Positions 56,580 through 64,000 of a stretch of DNA of 64,000 nucleotides are shown here, piece after piece; position 1 is the first letter of the stretch, and the number at the start of each line of letters is the position of its first letter. Position numbers and translations under genes: made by a program. The stretch covers positions 1 to 64,000 of the IMG/VR virus record IMGVR_UViG_3300027706_000007. One strand, 5' to 3'. Source of the stretch: a virus. Under the pieces are notes generated by a model. That model was not told where the DNA came from. It saw nothing but the letters and a program-made list of their open reading frames with translations, and searched no databases.

Positions 56580-58644
56580 TTCCGCGAATTATATTATTGA
56601 TGAAGGCAAACTAAAGGTTAAGTATTTCATAGATGGCAAAGAGTACATTGAATCAGACCCTACGCCCGCGCCCTATATGTTCGTACCGCGTAGATATGCA
56701 ATAAATAGCACACATCGAGAAATGGTCGATTTAACTACATTTGATACTGACGAATTAGTATACAGATACAATTATCCGCGTCCGTCCGCCGTTAAAAATG
56801 CGCGCTTATTACTTGAGCGCCGCGGAATACCTACTTACGAAGCTGACGTTCTTTATCGTAAAAATTGGATGCGCGATAATGATATTATTTGTGGAAATTA
56901 TCCGCGACAAATCACAATGGATACAGAAGAAATGGATGTTCCCTCACTACCAGATGTAGCGACGGCGCAGCAACCCATTATAGCAATAGGCGTGATTTAC
57001 AATGGTAAACAACTAGTATGGACAGGAGAGGAAAAGTCTATGCTTGAGGATTTTTTTACATTTCTACAAAGCGAACGCATCCAGATGATAAAAACGTGGA
57101 ACGGCAAAGCATGGGATTGGCCATATTTAATTAAGCGCGTCCAAAATTATCCTTCACTGGTCACAAAAGTAGATTTTTTACAATTTCGACATTTAGATTT
57201 AAGCCTTTTGTATAGAATATCACAAAAAACCTTTAAAACTGGATGGAGCCTCGAAAAAGTAGGAAAACGATTTTTAAATCGCGAAAAGCCTTTCGTTAAT
57301 CAGCGCATGGGTATGCTTTCAAAAGAGCAGTTAAAGGAACGCGTTTTGTGGGATGCAGAAATAACGGATTTGATTGACAGTCGCGTTGGACAAAGTAAGT
57401 ATAGCGATTTGGCAATCGAACTCGCAAAAATGTCATATATATTTCCAGATGAAACTGTCTCGGAAAATCCAAATTCAGGTAATTTAACTATCACACCGGT
57501 ATTAGACCAAATCTTTCTGAAACAAGCTAGAATTTCTGGTTTCGTTCTTCCCTGTAAGCAACAATTTCAAGGCGCATATCAGGGCGCAGTTGTACTCGAA
57601 ACCGAATATGGTATCTTCTCAGATGTATTACAATTTGATTTCTCATCTCTGTATCCCAACATAATGCTTGCTTATAAAATTGCCCCTTATGGAAAATTTG
57701 AGAATTTTTGGGAGCCTATTATACGTAAATTTTTAAATCAAAAGGAATTAGCAAAAAAGCTTGCAGATAAAGCGAAATATTGGTCTTCCAAAATAGCATC
57801 AAATTCGCTATATGGAATTATGGCAAGTAAAAATTACAGATTCGATGCATTAGCCGAAGCGCGACGCGTCGCAGCACAGGGACGAACAGTTCTTTTATCG
57901 CTTAAAGATTTTCTTCCCACACTAAATTATTATATACGTTACGGAGACACTGATAGCACATTTATCCCCGCTAAATACAGCGAGAAAGATGTGTTAAGTA
58001 CTATACTCAACACATATATCGCTCAGAACTTCTCTCCAAATTTGAAACTAGAATTTGCCGCATTTTGGGATAAAATCGCCTTTACGCGCGGCATGGATGC
58101 GAAAGCTGTCAAAAAGAGATACTTCGGTCGCATAAAATATAATGAGAAAGGTGAATTAGTTAATACAATAGAAATAGTAGGACTCGAAAGTATGAGAAAT
58201 GATTGGTGCGAACTGGCGCAAGAAATCCAAGAAATGGCCATCCATGAAATACTTAATGATGTACCGAAAGAGAAGATAATGGAAAAAGTATACACGATAC
58301 TCGATGATATGTATGCAGGTAAATTAGATTCAAAATTAGTACTTGAGAAACATCTAAAAAAGGACATATCTCAATATAAGGTCAGAACACAACACTTGAA
58401 AGCATATCTATCAGCGTTAGAGTCTGGCTGGGTTCCAGTCGATATGCTCCAATATCACGTCATACGCTATTATCTCACGCGTAACGGGCCAAAACTAGTT
58501 AATCTCACACAGCCTAGCGAAATTGATTATGGTTTATATTGGGCGAAACAAATCGCTCCAATCTTGTATCGTCTGAATATACTCGACGAACTACCTAAAT
58601 ATAAAAACAAAATTCTCGCTGACCCAAAACAGAAAACGCTATAG
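56557..58644 (+). CDS. polB: Family B DNA polymerase
   Basis: Exo DTE and WNG..WDWPYL; motif A DFSSLYP, B KIASNSLYG, C YGDTDS; KKRY. Confidence 0.95.
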   Translation: MKHSMQIDSANYIIDEGKLKVKYFIDGKEYIESDPTPAPYMFVPRRYAINSTHREMVDLTTFDTDELVYRYNYPRPSAVKNARLLLERRGIPTYEADVLYRKNWMRDNDIICGNYPRQITMDTEEMDVPSLPDVATAQQPIIAIGVIYNGKQLVWTGEEKSMLEDFFTFLQSERIQMIKTWNGKAWDWPYLIKRVQNYPSLVTKVDFLQFRHLDLSLLYRISQKTFKTGWSLEKVGKRFLNREKPFVNQRMGMLSKEQLKERVLWDAEITDLIDSRVGQSKYSDLAIELAKMSYIFPDETVSENPNSGNLTITPVLDQIFLKQARISGFVLPCKQQFQGAYQGAVVLETEYGIFSDVLQFDFSSLYPNIMLAYKIAPYGKFENFWEPIIRKFLNQKELAKKLADKAKYWSSKIASNSLYGIMASKNYRFDALAEARRVAAQGRTVLLSLKDFLPTLNYYIRYGDTDSTFIPAKYSEKDVLSTILNTYIAQNFSPNLKLEFAAFWDKIAFTRGMDAKAVKKRYFGRIKYNEKGELVNTIEIVGLESMRNDWCELAQEIQEMAIHEILNDVPKEKIMEKVYTILDDMYAGKLDSKLVLEKHLKKDISQYKVRTQHLKAYLSALESGWVPVDMLQYHVIRYYLTRNGPKLVNLTQPSEIDYGLYWAKQIAPILYRLNILDELPKYKNKILADPKQKTL

Positions 58645-58896
58645 TTAGTTATATGCACTGAGGTCTACCTTATTCTGCGGTTCCGTGGGTTCTATCATAT
58701 TTCCTTCGCGCATAATTTCGGTCATAATGCCTGTTATTCGGTGTGTTAATTCGCGCGTGTCGTCCATGTCAGTTTTATAATTTAGCAATATTACTTTCAA
58801 TTCATTTGAATAGCGCGTAGTGTAAATATTTCGAGCGACTAAAAAACCCACTACAAAAGCTAATGCGCCAACCGCAAATGCAAGAAGGTCAATCAT
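58645..58896 (-). CDS. Single-TM protein
   Basis: N-terminal hydrophobic helix. Confidence 0.5.
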   Translation of the reverse strand: MIDLLAFAVGALAFVVGFLVARNIYTTRYSNELKVILLNYKTDMDDTRELTHRITGIMTEIMREGNMIEPTEPQNKVDLSAYN

Positions 58897-58999
58897 ATCT
58901 ACGCCCCATTAAAATGCGTGGGTTATAAAGTTTGTCAAACCTTTTAGATTAAAAAATTGAGGAATTCTTATATAGTCGGCTGATGCTAAATTTATAGTT

Positions 59000-59494
59000 A
59001 TGAAAAAGACACACTCGTTTTCAGACATAAATCCATTTACTGGCCGCGCTTCAATTGATAGACGCACGGAAACTGAATTAATAGAGCAATCGTTAGGATT
59101 CTCCGGTATGTTAATTGCTTATTCGAAATCAACTTACTTGCGTAAATTTCCTACACATGTTGTATATTTTAATGGATGCATTTTTATAATTGAGAATGAA
59201 CAACCTGTACAAATTTGGTGGGGAGATTTGGATATATCAGATAAGTTCGAAGCTATACGCGAACTAGCTCGCGCGCTGCAAAAAGATATATATGTAGCAC
59301 CGGAGCATCCATTCAGAAGCGACTTTTATCGAGTAGGTATAAAAGACTTAAATCATTCAGTCGTTGTATTTCGCTTCACACCGAATGGAGATGTTTTTGT
59401 GCATGGCGACATTCCGATTAAAACTAAAAAACTTACGACTTCATACTTCTCGCACGTAAAGGATGAATTCTATGAAACGTTGCGCGCAAAATAA
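59000..59494 (+). CDS. Hypothetical viral protein
   Basis: SKSTY...VYFN...IWWGDLDI; own TATA box. Confidence 0.55.
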   Translation: MKKTHSFSDINPFTGRASIDRRTETELIEQSLGFSGMLIAYSKSTYLRKFPTHVVYFNGCIFIIENEQPVQIWWGDLDISDKFEAIRELARALQKDIYVAPEHPFRSDFYRVGIKDLNHSVVVFRFTPNGDVFVHGDIPIKTKKLTTSYFSHVKDEFYETLRAK

Positions 59495-59551
59495 AATATA
59501 CGACACTATTTAGCGACATCCTGCGCAGGTCTAGCAAAAGCTGGAAATCTT

Positions 59552-60473
59552 TCACCAATCGCCATTTTTCATCATTATTTGTGTACCCGTGTCAATAAAA
59601 TGCATATTGGTGGAGAAACTAAAATCGGACTTTTCCTTACGCAGATAATTGTCAACTTCAAAACACAATACAGTTAAATCATAACTAAGCGGCCACTTTT
59701 TTACAAATACTTTTATGCGCATCGCCATTTTAAAATGAGTTATCATATAATATCTACTCTATTCCGAAAAAAACTTGTATTCGTTCATGTTGGGCAAATC
59801 TGAACATATGGTGAAAAGTAGCCGCATCAAGAATATCTATGCTTGATAGTCTAACATCGTTATTATCGCGGAAGCATTTAGCATATTTTTCAAGCTTATG
59901 TGATATATTGTAACCATACATTAACTCTAAATATACGCTGTTCCTGTTCGTTGTGTAATATTCCAGACCTATTATTCTAACTTTCATATGTTTCACTTTT
60001 GATTATAATTTCTTCAAGCTTTTCTGAGTCCGCTAAATATTCAACAGTTGCAGTATTAACGCGCCATATTCTAAGTAGCGGCTGTTCTAAGTCTACAAAA
60101 TTGGGAAATAAGCCCACATGGGAATATTCCCACGTTGCTATACGCTGCATATCTCTTATCTTTAAAGGTATAACGGTTCTCATTTCAAGCGGCCTAATTT
60201 CCGCGTTGAATATCTGTTTTTTCATATCTTTCACTCAAAACCACAACATTCAATTTCTATTACGCATTCTGTAAAATCTTCTATAGTATCGAAAATCCCA
60301 AGAAAATCAAATGCATTTATTTCTTCTTCTTCGAGCGAAGCGTCATCCCATAAATAATAGAATACATCCTGTCTTAACTGCGAAATATCTAAAGGTAACT
60401 CACAGGTAAAATGTTCAAAGCTATAATAGGTATGGAAAGCGCTCTTAAATATATTTCGTATCTCAGGACTCAT
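59552..60473 (-). CDS. Run of four small hypothetical genes (59552-59746, 59754-59996, 59977-60234, 60231-60473)
   Basis: Abutting or overlapping ORFs of 64-85 aa. Confidence 0.45.
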
Positions 60474-60947
60474 ATCCCATCCATGTCTAACAAATGACTA
60501 TATTAATATTTACGATTAATTTTGCAGATTGCGCGCAGTATAAAAGTCTAGCGCTTTTTTGGATTTATACGCCACCATTCGATTTGATTTATTGGCACAC
60601 GTTCGTCGATTTCATGTGTAAGATTGGTTTCGATATCATTAACAATAGCGCGGAACCAATTTAGTTCACTGAATCTGATTTTGATAATTTGTTCTTGTAT
60701 CGCATATTTAACCAAGACCCGCGCACGCTTACGCTCGCGTCGCAGCGCCTTACTAATCGCGCGTATAACTCTTAAATCGGACTCATGTCCTCTTGTATCA
60801 ATTTTTGGTTTCGTTGCATCTGCGGCTATAAGCGGGTAGCATATAAAAGCTTTTTTAAATTTAAAAATCGCAAAAACCTTATAAAGATAAGTGACATAAG
60901 AGCCACGTGATGAGCACGGGTGCTGTGCTGGGAGTGCGTATAAAAAT

Positions 60948-61211
60948 ATGAAAGTACGTGAAATTTTTTTCTGGTGGCAACTGCAGCCTATTGGCGCGTT
61001 AGAATGCGCGTATCGTCTATCACGTAAGATGAATGTACCTTTTACTGCGCTAGCTTATGAGGCGAAAGAATATCTTACATGTAAGGATTCTTCGCCACTT
61101 CCTGATTTTGAGCCATTCTGGGAAGACATCGCTTATGATATGCGCTTAGGGACGCGCGATTTAATCATAGCAAATAAATTACGCGCATCTCTAAAAATGT
61201 GCGCGGTCTAA
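60948..61211 (+). CDS. Hypothetical protein
   Basis: 87-aa ORF. Confidence 0.45.
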   Translation: MKVREIFFWWQLQPIGALECAYRLSRKMNVPFTALAYEAKEYLTCKDSSPLPDFEPFWEDIAYDMRLGTRDLIIANKLRASLKMCAV

Positions 61212-62173
61212 GGTTTTCCCAATCTGTATCCGTACCCGTTAATAAGTTCCATGTAGCATAATATAACGATGATGTAATCTCTGCCATTCTACGGAAATCG
61301 GAATAGGGCGCGCGGTCATAACCAAACGAGTTCACTAGAAAATCTCTCCCTACAATCATATCATCTTGTAGTTCGCGCTCTACTAGCTCTTTTAGAAGTC
61401 GTGGATATAATTCCCGCTCAGAAAGATTTCGCAGTTTTCTCTTCATCACAATTCACCTCTATTATTTAAGTCCGAAAAGTATATAGTATGTTTCGCGTTC
61501 AACTTGCCTCGTTCTATATGTTATATGTATTATATCGCGTTCTACTCCGCGCAAAAGATTAAGGTTGCTCCGTGACATATCGTATACTAGCGTATCTGGG
61601 GTCACCGAAAGATACATATCAGATATTTTACCTAATATCTTTTTGATAAGTTCCTCGCTGTTTTCGCGCAGAATCAACATATCAAAGTCCTCCACTTTTC
61701 TCATATTTTATTCGCTAAGGAAATTGTCCCATGTCCAATAATTATAGTTCTAAAAGTAATATAATACAAGTCGCCTTCTAATATGTCTAAGTATAGATAT
61801 AGATATCCTCGCGCTAAAACGTAATCTTCTTGTATCCTTTTATCTAGCTCGCCAAACATCTCCCGTAATCTAAATATAACTCGGAGATTAACTCCCCCGT
61901 TATCTTCATGCGTTAGAAATAGCATTTCTATCTGTGCTCCATTAGTCTTAGACGGGGGTTATTTCTTTTCTGCGCTAGATATTTAATGTACCTGATATAT
62001 GTTACGTCGTTAATTTGTGAATATAATATCGACCAAATTAATGCTATATGGTTCCCAAATCTCTCAGCAAAATTGCTTGCGGCTAACAAAGTATTATCTT
62101 TTAGTTGTTCCTCTACACTAGAAAAAGTATCTCGCAGTTTCTCTTTCACCTTATCATCCGAATATACTATCAT
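61165..62173 (-). CDS. Tandem array of four small, probably paralogous genes (61165-61449, 61462-61704, 61701-61925, 61928-62173)
   Basis: Similar size, a shared helical pattern ending [IL]xx[IVA]T[YFW], SD GAGGTGA at 61459-61453. Confidence 0.5.
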
Positions 62174-62249
62174 ACACTAAGCATCGTTCTTACTGAAATA
62201 GCAATATATATAGCTTATGATAAAAATAAAAAAATAAAAAAACGTATGT

Positions 62250-62546
62250 TTAATCTGCCAGCCGTCGCATTTCTACAGGGTTGTATTCAACAGGCTGAAT
62301 GATTCTGTACATTCCCGCTGGAAGTTCGATTGGCTTGTGCTCTTCGTGAACAACAACGGCGCGTTCCGCTACTTGTGCGTACTTGTTGTTCTGTAGCTGG
62401 AGTAGTTGCGCGCCCTGTATTCTGTGGTGATGGCCAGTCGCCTCACCGTATGCAACGATATCAGTGTTGAGCGGAGTCGCTTCGGGGGGAAGTGTGTCTA
62501 CTCTCAGAAACATTACATCACCCTGTCGATATAGTTGTTTTGTCAT
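62250..62546 (-). CDS. RQGDV-motif protein (usual partner of DUF6745)
   Basis: YRQGDV...AYGEATGHHH...HEEH..IELPAG.Y...Q.EY. Confidence 0.8.
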   Translation of the reverse strand: MTKQLYRQGDVMFLRVDTLPPEATPLNTDIVAYGEATGHHHRIQGAQLLQLQNNKYAQVAERAVVVHEEHKPIELPAGMYRIIQPVEYNPVEMRRLAD

Positions 62547-62650
62547 ATCGGGCTACCTTAAAATTATGGATTATATAAATGTTTTTACGGTTTTAATCAC
62601 GCAGAAAAAAGATAAAACTTTATAGAGGTCTGTATAAAGGATATAGGAGT

Positions 62651-62917
62651 GTGCGAACTAAAAATTTGAATGTAACTTCCGCAGCCAACGTTTCAGTTAT
62701 AAAGACAGTCGCTGATACTTTGCGCACAGAAAATATTTACGCGAACCGCGCCGGATTTAATTTTGAAAGCGAAGACGAACAAGTAGATATGATAAATGAA
62801 CTGTTCATATTTTATTGGCCGCTTGCGGAGCGAATACGACGTATTATACAACGGGAAGCAAAACGGATGTTAGAAAGGAAATCGCAAAAGCTTTATAAAC
62901 CAAAAGCGCGCACCTAA
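62651..62917 (+). CDS. Hypothetical protein
   Basis: GTG start after TATA; upstream of the DUF6745 gene. Confidence 0.45.
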   Translation: MRTKNLNVTSAANVSVIKTVADTLRTENIYANRAGFNFESEDEQVDMINELFIFYWPLAERIRRIIQREAKRMLERKSQKLYKPKART

Positions 62918-62924
62918 ATGCGCA

Positions 62925-63911
62925 ATGTCTGAACTAACAGAAGAAGCGAAAAAAGAAATCCTAGAGCGAGTAAAGAACGAATGGTACAAGCTGATTTTCG
63001 AGTCGGGCAAAATTCCAGATGAGAAAGAAATCAGACCTCTCATGGACAGACTATACGAACTAAGCGGCGAAAAGCCACCACGCAAAATAAAGATTTTCTT
63101 GTCTCTCATTGATGAAAAAATAGCAATCCACAACGTGCTACGAAAGCGTAAAAAGTATCAACAATACAAAGGCGAGTTCTTGTATCTCAGCAGCTATCAG
63201 GGTGGTGGCTGGGACGCGGCGTGGTTAGCAAAACTTGAAGCTGCCGAACAAATGGGTTTCAAACCATCGAAAGAACTATTTTTCGTTTACAAAGACCTAG
63301 TGAAAAAAGGTGTGTACGATTTCGTCCCAGACCGAGACGTATATGTTTGCGCGTATCCGAAAAAGATACGAATGGATGACCGCATGAGACTACATTCCAC
63401 GAACGGCCCCGCTGTAGAATGGCACAACCACCGCGGAGACCTCTATTTCATACATGGAGCACTCTTCCCCGAAGACTTATACTGGCGCGTGGTAAAGCGC
63501 GAAATATCGGCTGAAGAAGTTCTGAAAATAGAGAACATTGAAGTGCGAACACGAGCAATCGAAATACTAGGATATGAACGAATGCTGCGTGAACTGGATG
63601 CAAAGGAACTCGAAAAAAGAACGACAACGTCCAGACCCCCGCTAAACGTCCCAATCACATATGCACTATACGAAGTTCAATTGAACGATGACCAACAAGA
63701 TGGCGAAAATCTGCCCGCGAAAATTCTCCAAGTGCAGTGTCCATCAACTTCGAAGATAACCTTCATACGCGTACCACCGTTTCTTACACAGGAACGGGGC
63801 CGAGACCGCAAACCCCTTAAGACCATCGATGATGCACTTACAGCGATGTTCCAACTCAACAACGAAATCAATCCGGAAGAATATTTCAATTCGCTGCTAG
63901 CTGAAACATAA
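62925..63911 (+). CDS. DUF6745-family protein
   Basis: RLHSTNGPAVEW...YFIHG..P...ENIEVR..AIEILGYER...VQCPST...FIRVPP. Confidence 0.8.
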   Translation: MSELTEEAKKEILERVKNEWYKLIFESGKIPDEKEIRPLMDRLYELSGEKPPRKIKIFLSLIDEKIAIHNVLRKRKKYQQYKGEFLYLSSYQGGGWDAAWLAKLEAAEQMGFKPSKELFFVYKDLVKKGVYDFVPDRDVYVCAYPKKIRMDDRMRLHSTNGPAVEWHNHRGDLYFIHGALFPEDLYWRVVKREISAEEVLKIENIEVRTRAIEILGYERMLRELDAKELEKRTTTSRPPLNVPITYALYEVQLNDDQQDGENLPAKILQVQCPSTSKITFIRVPPFLTQERGRDRKPLKTIDDALTAMFQLNNEINPEEYFNSLLAET

Positions 63912-64000
63912 TTTTTTATCGCGATTTTTATTTTATTTTATTATTTAGAGAAAACCATATATTCTACAATATTATCCCATTACTTTATGCGAGTCTGTGT

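Noticed and set aside
157-63889. Many short antisense or overlapping ORFs in the track (e.g. 157-447, 5950-6243, 22605-22889, 54614-55072, 58023-58367)
   Set aside because: Shadows of longer motif-bearing genes, with no promoter or motif support.

Overview
This window is part of the genome of an AT-rich, head-tail (Caudoviricetes-type) archaeal virus. The host is probably a TACK-superphylum archaeon, judged from BRE/TATA promoters with mostly leaderless starts, PriX, a short XPF, an Ard1-type acetyltransferase and an archaeal-type uS2. Virion genes are scattered over both strands rather than clustered: terminase large subunit, portal, head-tail connectors, tail tube, tail chaperone with a -1 frameshift, a short tape measure, hub, a giant 2128-aa adhesin and a beta-helix fibre. 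Replication and repair genes are PolB, PriS, PriX, a divergent MCM-like ATPase, an RPA-like protein, a RadA/RadB-like ATPase, XPF, a Cas4-like nuclease and a Top6A-like Mini-A protein. No major capsid protein, integrase, tRNA or CRISPR array was recognised. Highlights: (1) a virus-encoded, divergent ribosomal protein uS2, together with an Ard1 N-terminal acetyltransferase; (2) two inteins in non-replication hosts, one splitting the metal site of a JAB/JAMM protease and one in a Phi-1/EXORDIUM-like HExxE-type protein; (3) an unannotated, promoter-driven ~71-nt structured RNA upstream of priX-polB; (4) a family of modular acidic proteins punctuated by K/R-x-E motifs; (5) apparent avoidance of GATC and CCWGG. 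All family assignments were made by eye from motifs; no searches were run.
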